Assembly: GCA_001179505.1 (NCBI GenBank)
Contig: CDMY01000386.1
Coordinates: forward strand, 1-64,000
From: Vitrella brassicaformis CCMP3155
Taxonomy: Eukaryota; Protista; Chromerida
Length of the DNA stretch: 64,000 bases
Direction: 5' to 3'
Within the stretch, counting starts at the first letter, position 1, and each line of letters starts with the position of its first letter. The position numbers and the translations under genes were made by a program. Of the stretch, positions 49,308-61,600 are shown piece by piece. Under the pieces are notes generated by a model. That model searched no databases. It saw only the letters and a program-made list of their open reading frames with translations, and was not told the DNA's origin.

Positions 49308-51687
49308 ATGGATGTGCATCAGGTGAGCCAGCAGCCGTGAGCAACGATCTGATGATTCTCCTCGTTGCTTCGCTACTCTGTGTGTGTGTGCAGGTCAGGG
49401 AGGATACGCGAGCAGTTGAACAGGGCCTGCGGCACCTGCAGGAGCTCAACACAGCGGTGCGCCTGCCTGCCTGCACAGAACAAGTCGTCGACTCTCTCTC
49501 TGCGTATGTGTCTTCCCTGCAGCTCGGCGCGTTGCGGTCTCACTTTGAGCAAGCGCAGCCTCCCAGTCTCACTGCACAGGTACGTCACACACACTGCCGC
49601 ATCGCTCGTGGAGTTTCCGTCTTTCGCAGGCGCCGTCGGCCAGCTCATTGGAGCTCCATGTGCAGCATGCCCTCGTCAGCTCCCACATCGCCACAGCACA
49701 GTCGCAGCTCACCCGCACACATGAGGACGTGTCGCGGGTGGTGGATGCACTCAAACCGATCCTGGCGGCCGCACCCAATCCCGCCACTCAGGATGATGCC
49801 GAGGTGCGCACAGCAGATGGCGACAGCACGACACTCTCTCTGTGTGTTAATCGCTGGTTCTTGTTGCTCTGTGTTTTGCAGGCCTCTGCAGTGAAGCGCC
49901 CGTCATTTCGTCTGACCCATCGAAGCGGCAACCCTCCACCTGTGAATGTGAATCAAGGACCGGTCAGACCGACACCATGACAGATCTGATACATCGAATC
50001 CTCTTGACCTTACTCTGATGTCATGTTGATTGTCACATCAGGCCCGTCGTCGGCTGTCGCGTGATGAGCTCTCCAACGTGTTCGGCCACCTGCAGCACTG
50101 GGAGCTGACGCGCCACCGCCGGCGTCTCGGCACGCCCCTCTTCCATCAGTCGGCCGCCAACTACACCCACCTGGTCATCGACTGTGAGGACGACACGGCG
50201 CGGCGCATGTGGGAGACCATGCCGCTGGCCGTGGCCCAGAGATGGGGGCAGAGGGCGACCAACGTCCGAGTGATCAAACACCGCTACCCCAAGTGGCATG
50301 ATCTATGGTGCCGCGGGACCTGGGCGGCATTAGTGGAAGGTCATGCGAGGGGCCGGGCGGCCATCGCAGACAAGAAACGACGAGAGAGGGAGGGAGGGGA
50401 GGGGGCAGCTGCTGCGGTGGCGCAAGACGATTACGGCCCCAGATCAGCTGCTCGCGTTGTGGAACGCGTGGTCGACTGGACGCGTCATCAGTCGGCTGAC
50501 GAGGGCACACTAGAGGTGCTGTCATTCGAGGCCGTCGAGCTCGATGACAGCATTGACATCCCCCACCCGCTCCCCTCATCTGATCTGCCGCCCGCCCCCT
50601 GCGTCCCGATCCCCATCCACCTGCCGGCACTCAAGACAGCCAACAGCATCCCGGGATACCTTGTGATGGCTCCTCAACGTCGCAACTGGCATATGCCCGC
50701 TCTCAGGGTCCTCACCATCGGAGAGCTGCCGGGAGGCGATGCCGGGTCGGTATGGCTGACGCACTGTAAAGCGATTGAGGTGCTGGACTTCAACGCCACT
50801 GGCTCTTATTCTGGTGCGTTTGTGGCCGACCTGCCGAGTGCGCTGCCGGCCGGATGCGGAGCACTCGAGGCGCTCCACACTCTGCGAGGCATCGCACTGC
50901 CGGCCTCCCCCGCCGACATCGACAAGCTGCGTGAGGTGATGGTGGCGAGGGGCGCCAGGCGGTCCATTCGCAACCTTCAGTTCATCTGGAACCATTGTGT
51001 GGTTGACACTGACAACACTGTGCAGCAGCTGAGGAAAATCGCGGAACTCAGGTGGGTCGGGACGGACCAGGCAGGCAGACAGACAGGACCGTGTATGTAT
51101 GTACTTCATGTGACTGTGGTCGTCTGTTTGTGCTGTTTCGTCAGGGACGCAGTGGCTGATCCCGCTGCCATGTCGGAGCCACTTGTTTGCGGCAACATGG
51201 GGTATGGGGGTCTCGCCATGGAGCTCCTCTCGCGCAGCAGCGACCACGTGTTCCAGAACGTCATCGCCGTGTTCGCCAAGACCATCACGACCGTGACCTA
51301 CTGCGGGCGTACCGAGGCCACCCCTGCATCGATCACGGACGACACCTTCCCCGCCGCCCACACCCTGCAGCTGCAAGACGATGCCCTCCCCAGTGAGGCC
51401 AAGAAGAAGAGGGCGGTCGAGATCGCCTCCCACATGGCCAACCTGCAGCGCATCGAGGCAGACGCCCATGTGGCTGTCAGTGAGGTGTGGCGTTTCGTTG
51501 CACGGCTGCAGCGGGCGCGGATTGGCAGAGGGCGAGAGGGCGGCCTGACGGTGCATTTGATGGTGAATTTTTACACACTGCTCGGCCACGTGCCTGCTTG
51601 CTTCTGTCTGGGGGGGCGGTCCGTCGAACAGCTGCGGGGCGTTGAGAAGATTGAAATCGATATCTGGGGTGAGGGATCTTCAACAGG

Positions 51688-51722
<35 letters not shown>

Positions 51723-52122
51723 GAGAGAGAGAGCAGAGAGAGAGAGAGAGAGAGAGACAAAACAAACATGAGTGTTCTCTTTGAGCGTCAGGCGACGTCG
51801 AGGAGCTGGGAGAGGAGTTTGAGGTGGGAGACGAGTTTGACACCTTCTACGGTAATGTCATGGCTATGGTGACTGCGTACAACGAGATCAAGGTGGGTGC
51901 GTTGCAAAGTGTGTGTCACACGCCCACGCACACATCTGTCATGCTGGTCTATTTGCCCGTCGATAGGGACACACAGCCACTCGCGTGTCCATCGCCGAAC
52001 ATGGTCTCCGCTACAGGTTCCAGGAGCGATTCCACCAGCAGCATGCTGCCCTCAAGTTGGCCGGTGGACCGTTTCGGTTCTGCTGCGACGACCAGGGCTT
52101 CCTCGTAGAGCGCAGGGCGTAA
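49308..52122 (+). CDS. Second member of the same lineage-specific expanded family (coiled-coil N-terminus, F-box-like, LRR-like)
   Basis: MDVHQ|VREDTRAVEQ...NQGP|ARRRLSRDELSNVFGHL, YTHLVID...RRMW...QRWGQRA, ALVEGHARGR, NWHMPAL, EVMVARGARRS. Shares motifs with 16578-18748. TAA at 52120-52122. Confidence 0.7.
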
Positions 52123-52563
52123 CTGGCTGACACAATTCACGTGGACAACGGAGGGAGGGAGGGGAGGGGAGGGAAAGGGGGCCGAGCAACACCAAAGGCA
52201 TGGCAATCCATCCGTGTCTTATGTATGAGTGGGATGCGGGCTATATGCACCGGGAGACTTCGATGCTGTCCGGTGCCTTTGACGTGCCCTGGCGGCTCAT
52301 GTTAGGTAGAGAGAGACGTATGAGTGTATGTTTGTATGCTAATTGGAGACATGTGTTGCGTGCTGGTGTGATTCATGGAATGTTATTGACATAGGTGAAC
52401 TGTGTTCCTCATACCTAATCGGATTTCGCTGCGTATTTGGCTGTCTGTACACACGTCTCACTCACGCACACCATCTGGGCAGGCAGCTAGCTATGTCGCC
52501 CTCGGCACAGCTCCGATTTGCACAAAGGCACATACCCCAAATCCACGCTACAGTAGCTGGCAG

Positions 52564-53576
52564 TCACGCCATGGCTACCGGGCTGTTCATCAGCGGGGCC
52601 CTCTCTGCCTCTGAACAGACACATGACGAATAACAGCTGCACACACTCACCCCCCTCCCGCGCGTCACTTACGTGCCCTAGGTAGGTCTTCTGCACACAG
52701 CAGCTCGGTGCCGGTGCCGCCCACCAGCCACACGCGATAGAGGCTGTAGGACACGTAGAGTGTGTAGACGCTGCAGACGCAGACAGAGGGAAGGGATACC
52801 AAGGAGAATCTTTTCTGACTGCCCCGCCCCAATGTGTGTGTGCATTCACGGCGCACAGGTATATCGACAGTAGCGAAGGCAAGAGGACCGCCGCGATGTA
52901 GAGTACCTCGATGAATCTGTCCATCGTTGCTGCGTCAGTCTGCAGTGCATGACGCACACATGGTGGATACCATTACACAGCCAGCCAGCCAGCCAGCCGG
53001 GCGTGTGTGTTCTGTTCCTGGCCAGCCATTTATCCATGGCTTCTCACCTTAGCGGCCAGCGTAAGGCGCAGAGGAACGACGCCCGCGAAGAGCAGGACGC
53101 AGTAGACCATCAGGACCAGGCTCAGCAGGAGCATCAACCCCTGACACCTGAGGAAACAGACAGACGTCCAGGAAGGGTGTCGTGGCAGTGGAAGGGTGTC
53201 GTGGCAGTGTATGGTCTCACCCACCCCATGTATACGCAGAGTGCGAACGCCTCCTGACACATCGCCGCAAAGATGCCCACAACCGATATCACCATAAGAC
53301 CAACTGCAGTGCACACACATCCACAGCTCATGCAATGCAGCTCGAGACCAGCCTGGTGCGGCGCCCTCGCTCACTCGCGAAAAGACGTGTGAGCGGGCCG
53401 AACATGAATGCGACGAGGGCCGCCGCGCAGTGGAGCAGCGCCAGAAAGATGACGCCCGACCGCAGCGACAGGCAGAAACAGCATCTGCAATGTAATGGAT
53501 CATCAACGAAAGATCATGCTGCCCTTGCGGCTGTGGTAACGTCGCTTTCCAACCTGCTAGTCGTTCGGATCTTCAT
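52564..53576 (-). CDS. Small multi-pass (~4-5 TM) membrane protein with a CCFCLSLRSG N-terminus
   Basis: Spliced MKIRTTSR|CCFCLSLRSGVIFLALLHCAAALVAFMF...IGLMVISVVGIFAAM...LLLSLVLMVYCVLLFAG...VLYIAAVLLPSLLSIYL...LVGGTGTELL...MNSPVAMA*. Confidence 0.7.
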
Positions 53577-53710
53577 CAAGCGGCGCTCTTATTGGGTGGA
53601 GGGACCCTTTATACGACGGATCTTTCCTAGAATGCCCTCTTTTCGTCGCTGCCTTTCTGCCTCTTGGCGATCGCAATTTGCGCGCTTAATTTGTTCGTCT
53701 TAAGTCCAAA

Positions 53711-56636
53711 ATGCATCCCCACGCCTTGCCTGCAGCCGCTGCGCCAGCTGCCAACCATCGGACGGCCAACGCTCGAAGGGCAATGGGCTATGGGAGGAGG
53801 AGATGGTCCGCCACGACAACGCCAATCGCAACGTCCCCCGCCCAGCAGAATGCGCTCACCATGACGGTATGCGGTACTTTGCACTGATGGTTATTGCATG
53901 CACAAGACATCCTGCCTTTTCTGCAAGGTCTGCACCTCCAATGTGTCCCACGGCATCCGCCTTGACCCTCCCCCCAACGCAACACGCCACTACCATACAG
54001 TGGAGTGCTTTGGCTTTGCACAAGAGGCGCGGCCGCCAGGGCAGCCTGAGCCGGCCAGCCAATGTGAGGTCAAGAAGGTGATCACGGAGTGGAGACAACA
54101 CGAAAAGAGCCGCAAAGTAAGAGTGGGTGGGGGAGAGACGAGAGACAAGCTTGACACGGTGACACCATTGATTCAGGCTCTATTCGCGTTGCCCTATCGG
54201 TCGCCGCCCTTGTCTACTGCCCATCGACAGCCAGCGAAAGGTCATGGGAGAAGTGTCGGCGGAGACAGTAGCGAAGGGGCGAGACGTGACGCTGAACGTG
54301 TCGACATACTTCAGAGTTGGGACGAGTCGGTGCCCGATGCAGTGCAGAGGGCCAACAGGTGGGCGGCGCAGCAGGCGGCACGTGACCTGGTCACAGCTTA
54401 CCGTGACTGTTTTCAGGTGCGATGGAGAGTGGGACCGCCATGTCAACGAGTGGGCTGCCCTGCGCTTCACAGTGAGGCCACTCACAGCCTTCACTTGCGA
54501 GAAATGACCGCGCCTCTCTGTGGTGCATACAGGTGTATCGCCAGCTATGTGAGCTGCATGCTCTCAGCCGTCCCTCTGGACAGCAGGAAAGAGACACAGA
54601 AGGGGATGATCGAGACGAAGCATGGATTGAGGAACTGTACAAAGGCAATGCCAAGCAGTTTAGCAGCCTTGATCGTCTGGCCGGCGGACTCTTCAGGTGA
54701 GGAGTGAAGATGTTGGCCTTCCTACGCACAAATTGGAGTGCTTTGGCTTTGCTGCTGTGCAGTGGCGGCCATGATAACGGACATCGAGACATGACACCTT
54801 TCGCAACGCCCTTCTTCTTCTCGCCCACTTCGTGCACCCTCAGCCCCCGACCGATGCTCCTCTCACTCCCTCTCAGATGCCAACAACCCAGCAGCCTTTC
54901 TGCGTCTCCGACATCTCCCCCGATGCGCTGCGTCGCCGAAGGGCAGGAGCAAAAGACCGTTAATCCGCCTTTCGCGCCCATATCGGCTGCAGAAGGCGCC
55001 TTCGACGAATTGCAGGGTGACGAAGCATGGGAAATAGCAGACGACCACCCTGGAGCTGGCCCTGTCGCGGGTTCGGAAGGGGATGACAGTCAACGTGCAC
55101 GACAAACGACGGGTATTTCGGTGCCTTCGGTACAAGTCCCTGACGCGTGGGAGGACATTGAAGTGATGGACGAGCCGACACCCTCCCATGTTGATGGGAA
55201 CAGGGGGCATCCAGACGCCCCGCACTCCAACGAGCTACCACTTCCCAGCTGTCGACGCAGCCCTCGATCCCAGTGTGCGGCCACGTCATCGACGGAGCCG
55301 CAACCTCCTGCCTCATCTGTGTGGCCCCACCATGCACCTCTGGCCTTGGGTCATATCAACTCGAGATCGAGAGCGAGACAGTCGCCCCCTCTCGGCGAAG
55401 CAACGAGCCCCCCTCTCTTCAGCTCGGCCCACACCGCGACACATGCGGGCCTTTCTTCAACCGGGACTTTCCTGGACTTGGGTGCCGCTCCCGGCGGCTT
55501 CTCGAGTCAGCTGTGTAGGTGGGGCTGGAGAGGGATTGGCGTCAGCATGCCTGTCGAGCAAGGAGGGCTGCCAATGCTGTTCACGCCCAGCGGCGACCCG
55601 GAAAAGTACCGGGTCATCTATGACGACTTGGTTGGCGGGGCCTTAGAGGGCGGTGAGGACCCTCTGGGTATTGCTAGTCGCCCTCCAATCCTCCGATCAT
55701 CGAATAGGGGTGAGCAGCCGCACGCGTGCTTCTCCCTAGTGGTTATGGGCGCCGGTTGGGAAGAGGGATGGGGAGGGGACACACAGTGGGGTGCGTCGAG
55801 CCCTTTGTTGCTTCTGGCCCAGCTGTATCTGGCCCTCACGTACTTGACAGGTAAACACAAGGGCTGTGAGGCGAGACGCGACTCATCGTCACTTGTCTGG
55901 TCCAGAGGGTGGTGTTTTGGTGGTGTCGTTTAGCGGTCTTCCTCGACTTCGCTCTTTGTCTGTCCTGTGGCACTTGCATCGCATTTTTGGCTGTTCGAAT
56001 GTCCGCGCGTACAAGCCCAACACCAGATTCGGGATGGCGTCAGGAGAAGCCTTTGCTGTGGCCCTCCATGCCCCGTCGCCGACTGACCTAGAGAGACAGC
56101 AGATGAGAGACTTCTGCCGGTACAACCACGTGCATGCAGCCATCTGGAAAATGGAACATTCCTGTTTCTTTTCTTTCTTGTCTCAGGGCCCTTCTCGTGA
56201 GGGCTGCGTCGTATCGGCAAGAGCAAATCACTGGTTTTCTCCGTCCGTGGTGGCTCGACGCCCACCGTCTTCCTGACTCAGATGCAGTAGTGGCGAGCCA
56301 CTTGCCGCTGCCCCCACACGTGACGGTCAAGCATCTTTGCGCGTTCGTCGAGGCACTAGCAGGGGACCTCAAGCCCCTCTGGAGCAAACAGGTGGGCAGA
56401 GAGGGAGACGGTGGATCTGTCGGTAAGAGACACCTTCTCTTTTCATTTTTTGTCAGGTTGCTGCACTGAAGGCCAGCTTCAACCTGGCATCGTCGTCCGC
56501 CGGGCACAAGCAGTCAGCCCCCCACAGTACCCCCAGCGAAGCTGCCACGCCTCGCGAGTGGTGGCCTGTCAAGAGGGGCAGGCGGATGAGGCCTGGGCAG
56601 TGGAAGCCGGGCAGGAATGCCCAATTTCAGCAGTGA
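53711..56636 (+). CDS. FtsJ/RlmE-like SAM-dependent RNA 2'-O-methyltransferase family protein
   Basis: FLDLGAAPGGFS (SAM-binding motif), GIGVSMPVEQGG, LAQLYLALTYLTEGGVLVV, VRAYKP, LKPLWSKQVAAL. The start codon is tentative. Confidence 0.75.
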
Positions 56637-56910
56637 ATTTCATTAAAACAAGGCAGAGACCTATATATCTCTTTCTGCAGAGATCTATGGGTCTCTTGTC
56701 ATGAGGTGGCATAACATTTCTCGATGTGGAACAGACATGAACCTTTGATCCTTGCCAGCTACACGTCAATCGACAAAGGTGCATACACAGCACACGCCGA
56801 CATTCAACGCAACCTCGTCCCTGTCGTTCTGGACACGATAGCAATGTCACATAGTTTTCAGCCGATCGTATCTCACAATTGTCACGCATACCACGCCGCA
56901 CTGCAAAGAA

Positions 56911-58334
56911 TTACGTCCATTGGGACTTGAGACGTTCTATTGCCGCGTCCCTCTTGATAAGCTCCACTCTCAACTTGGTGCACTCCGAGGCAAGAGCTGA
57001 GTCTCGAATCTGACAAATGAGACACATGGCCGGCCATTGAAGTGGGAATGTACACTCCCTTGATCCGCCCCGCGCACCTTCTCTTCGAGGACACCACATG
57101 CGTCAAGGAGGAGAGTGCATCGACTCTGCAGTACATTGACGTCCCACTGACCATCCTCCGCCTCGTCGTGCGAAGTGTCGCCCGCGTCCGTTTCTACAGC
57201 TGCCACTGTCTCCTTTGCCACGGCCTGAACTCTCATCTGTGTCAGCTTGTCGACGAGGGCGTTGCGCCTCTCCGTCTGTCTACGGAACTCTTGTCTGAGT
57301 CGTTCGCGCTTCTTGGCCTGCGACGGCCCCTCCATCACCTCGTCTACATCTCGTCTCAGCTGCATATACAATCCGCAAAACATCAATGGGATTTTGGGTC
57401 TACCAACAGGTGCAATTACCTGGTTGGCGTCGTCTGAGAGTTTGCAGTTCTCTGCTTTGAGGCTGAGCTGCTCCGCCCGTCCAAAGAGGCTGTCAGGGAC
57501 GTCTGCGCCGTCCATGCCGAGATGTCTCAGGTGCCTCTCGATCTGTGTTATCATGTTCTGGTTCTTGGTGACTTGCCCCTTGACTGGCAGCACCGACTCG
57601 CTGTACCTCCGATGCAGGCGATCCACAACGCTGCGCTGACCAGCGAATTGATGGGTATGAACGAAAAGCATGGCACAGACACAAGCTGAGATGAATGACA
57701 GTACTTGTGAGGATCCGTGTCTGCGACCTGTTGCTCGCCCACGTCGCTGAGCTCTGTCAGACAGGCCTCCAGCTGCCTGAAGTGCCAAGCCACTTGTCTG
57801 CAGCTTCGCATGTACTTTCTTTACCTGATTTGTTTCCCCTTTGTCTTCAGGGGCTTGAGCTGATCCCAGAGCTTCACCACCTCAGCTCGTGCCTTGTCAA
57901 ATCGCTCAGCCACCCGACCTGAGGAGACACGAGCACACTCCCATGAACGAATGGCTCCGTCGACTGTGTGATGGATCGTACTAAAAATGTGATTCAGCCT
58001 TGTGCGGCCGTCTTTTGACGCCAAGATGACCTCGAGATCCTGCGTCATGGCAGACCAAGCAGCGGAGTCCCATGTATCGCTCATTCTCGTCCACCAACCA
58101 TATCAGTGATGGCATTCTCTATCAGCGCCTTGAGTTGCTTCTTCGTGCTTCGAATGGAATCCTGAACAAACAAAGGTGCGTGTCCTGACGAGAGGGTAAG
58201 AGTGAGGGGACGCGCATATCGTGCTCTTTGTGTCTTACGATGATGCCATCTTTCTCCCCCTTCAGGTTCCTCTGTTCTTCGTCAAGGTCAGCCTGGTGAC
58301 GCTCCACGGCACGGCAAAGCTGCACTGAATGCAT
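56911..58334 (-). CDS. Hypothetical coiled-coil protein (5' end unresolved)
   Basis: Exon-like segments QLCRAVERHQADLDEEQRNLK, ERFDKARAEVVKLWDQL, KRERLRQEFRRQTERRNALVDKL, KLRVELIKRDAAIERLKSQWT*. Confidence 0.5.
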
Positions 58335-58692
58335 TCATGAGAATGAGAACACAGACAAGCGCCTTTAGCCGCATGCATTCGAAAGGAGCGTCCGTCCGCC
58401 CTTACACGTTAGTAGCCGGTCCGTGGGGTGATGACAGGGCGGCATAGCGAAGGAGCGGTGGGAGATTCTTTGCAAAGATATTTCCACAGTTCCGAGGGGA
58501 AGAGCGTGAGAGACGGGAATCAGATGGGGGCTCGCAGCGCCTCCTTCCGCATAACCTTCTCCCCGCCCTAACCTCTCAGTTTGCGAATCCTTGTTTTTAT
58601 GAGAGATCATGAGTCCCTGCGCGTATTGAAGACCCCCGGCTGGTTGAAGATGGGTTTGATGGATGCTTGGAGGTAGCTGACCCCGTTTGCTG

Positions 58693-61600
58693 ATGGCGCA
58701 GGCATTTCAGTCGGTGCAGGCGATAGGTGCCTTAGCTGCAGTCCAAGCCGGTGCGGGCGCACAGTTCGCTGCGGTCACCGCATCCACCAGACCAGCAGCA
58801 CCCCGAGTGAGCATGCGCATCCATTCATCGCTTTACCCCTCGTGGTTGCGATGTGATCTCTCCCCCTCTGTATATCTGTGTATGTGCATCGTGTGTGTCA
58901 GCAAGAGGCCAGGTCGGATGGAGGCATTTTCGGCGCGTTCGACATCTTCGGCATGTGCACGTCGGGTGCAGCGGTCAAGCCGGCGGAGGCAGCAGCGGCC
59001 CAGGCCAAGAGGTCGGAGCAGGTGCTGTATCTGCGGCTGTGCCTGCACTCGGCGACCAACCTTGCGTCAGCTGACGTGGCCAGCCTCTCTGACCCCTACG
59101 TGGACGTCAAGTTCCAGAACAAGGAGCACAAGACAAAGGTCATCGACAACAGCCTCAACCCCGTCTGGGAAGACCTCTGGGAAACGGAATTCAGGGTGCG
59201 TACGGTGGAGGGGCCTATATGTGTGTGTGTCGTGTGTGTGTGTGTGTTGGGATGTTGCTGTGTGTGTTGTGTGGTGCAGGATGGTTCGTCGAACGAGCTG
59301 CTGCTGACGGTGTATGACAAAGACACACTCAGCGCCAACGACCCACTCGGCAACGTGACCATCAAAGTGCCGTTCGAGCCCTCCAAAGTCAAAAGGTAAC
59401 TAACGCGCCGACAAACACCCCCACGCCGCCAGCAGCCATGCCATGATGCGTGGGTGTCGCGTGTGCAGGGAGGTTTTGCAGCTATCGAACGTGCCAGGCG
59501 GTTGGTTCAGCAAGAGACCAGACAGCCGGCTGACGATCCTGTACCAGGTCACCCCACCACCCACACCAGCTGACAACGACGGAGATGCATCGACACGCAC
59601 GACCGTATGTTTGATTTGTGCAGGTGACCGATTCGCTTCAGAATCAGCCCGACCTGGTAGCGATGGCGCAGCGGGCCCGTGACGCCGACGACATGGAGCC
59701 CAAGACGTACAACCTCAGCATCACCGTCTACAAGGTACCACCACCAACACACACACGAGAAACCAACACCTGATCTGCATTGCATGCACGTGTGTGTCAG
59801 ATCCACATGCTGAAGAAAAAGCCCAACGTGAGTGGGATGGTCAAGGTGACGCTTGGCAGCGGCCCCAGCGCTGTGACGCACAACTCAACGGCCACAGCCG
59901 TCGACGAGAGGTCACGCACCATACGGATCGGTAACAGAGTGCAGGTACGCCAGACATACACACACAGACACAGACACAGGCAAGGGATGGAGAAGAATGT
60001 GTCTTTCCTGTCTGTTCTGTGTGTATTGTGCTCTCTGTGTGCTGTGTGTCGGTCAGGGCTGGACTCCCGAGCCGTTTCTGTTGGAGGATAAGACCATCGA
60101 GGACCTCATGATGCTTAGGTATACACACACACACATACACACACACACGTGTGCAGCGAGTGCCCCACACACAGATACTGTTTGTTGCCTGCCCTTGTTC
60201 ACTCAGGCTGAAGGTTGAAGGGCTCCTATCGCACACGGCTGCCGAGGTGAGTGACCGATCAGATGCACCACCCACACCCAATCGTTCCTGCCTCCGCGTC
60301 TTTCTCTGTGTGTTCACACGTGTCCGCCTTGTGTCCCTGTGTGTGTGCAGAAGCTTGGCGAGCAGGTGAAAGCGTCGGAGCGGGTCGGGGAGGAGATCAA
60401 GAAGGAAAAAGGTGAGAGTGGCGCCGAGAGAGAGGGGCTTTCACACCGTCCGTCCGTCACTTCCGGTGTCTTGGTTTGTTGCAATGTGCTGTCTGTCAGC
60501 TGAGGGCAAGAAGGACAGGCAGCACAAGCGGCACAAGCGGCTGCTCCAGCGCAAGAAGAAACGGGATGTAGCCGAGGTAAGCACCAGCAGCACAGTCACC
60601 ACACCCACCCCTCCGCCATCTGCACCCCTCTCACCCTCCGTCGGTGTGTGTGTTGTTCGTTCAGTTGCCGGTTCAGAGTTTGGGCGTGTGGGAGGAGTCG
60701 CTTGACGAGTTCCACGACCACATCACCGAGACCAAGACCCCCTGGGCCGCTCGGGCACTCCTGCACGACATCCAACACAACCAACTCACCGGAGAGGTAG
60801 GTAACTCACAATCTCACAATGCAAGAACAACACAACAGACAACAGAACGCCGCAGGGTCTTACCCTTCCCCTCTCTCTCTCTCTCTGTGCGTGTGTGTGC
60901 AGGTGTTTGTGCAGATCGACATGTGGAGTCCGGCCGATGAGGAGAGCCACGAGCCCCTCGACATGGAGACCATGGAGGAGAACAAGGAGCTCCGCAAGTC
61001 CAAGGGCTCCCACGCCGGCCTGGGCCGCGGCGCCCCCACCACCTACTACCTCTACGCCTACGCCGACTTCCTGCCCACCGTGGACGAGCCCATCTTCGGC
61101 TTCGGCCGTCGGATGGACAAGCACACGGCGTGCGACCCGTTCGTGCGGCTGACAGTGGCTGGCGGGGGTGCCAAGCCGCAGCGAGTGACGTCAGCCACTG
61201 TGAGTGACCGGCAGCGGGAGGTCATGTGGGACGTCATGACCTTCACACTGCCCGCCAACGCGTAAGTGCGAGGGGATGGGACATACAGGATGACGGAGAG
61301 GGGAGGGGGGGGACACTTTCTGTCTGTGTGTACTTGTGTGTGTCTGTGTCTGTGTGAGGTGTGCAGGAAGCGGACTCGTTTGCTGGTGGAGTTGTATGAC
61401 AACGATTCGGTGTCGCTCATCTCACTCGAAGAGCTCATCGGACAGGCACACACACACACAAAGACACACACACGCACGCACGCTGACTCACAGAGCTGAC
61501 CCATTTGTGTGTGTCTGTGGGTCGCTGTGTGCTTTCCGTGTTTGTTCATTCATTCAGGTTCAGCTGTTCAACTTGCCCCTGAATCGCCGGCAGTGGTATC

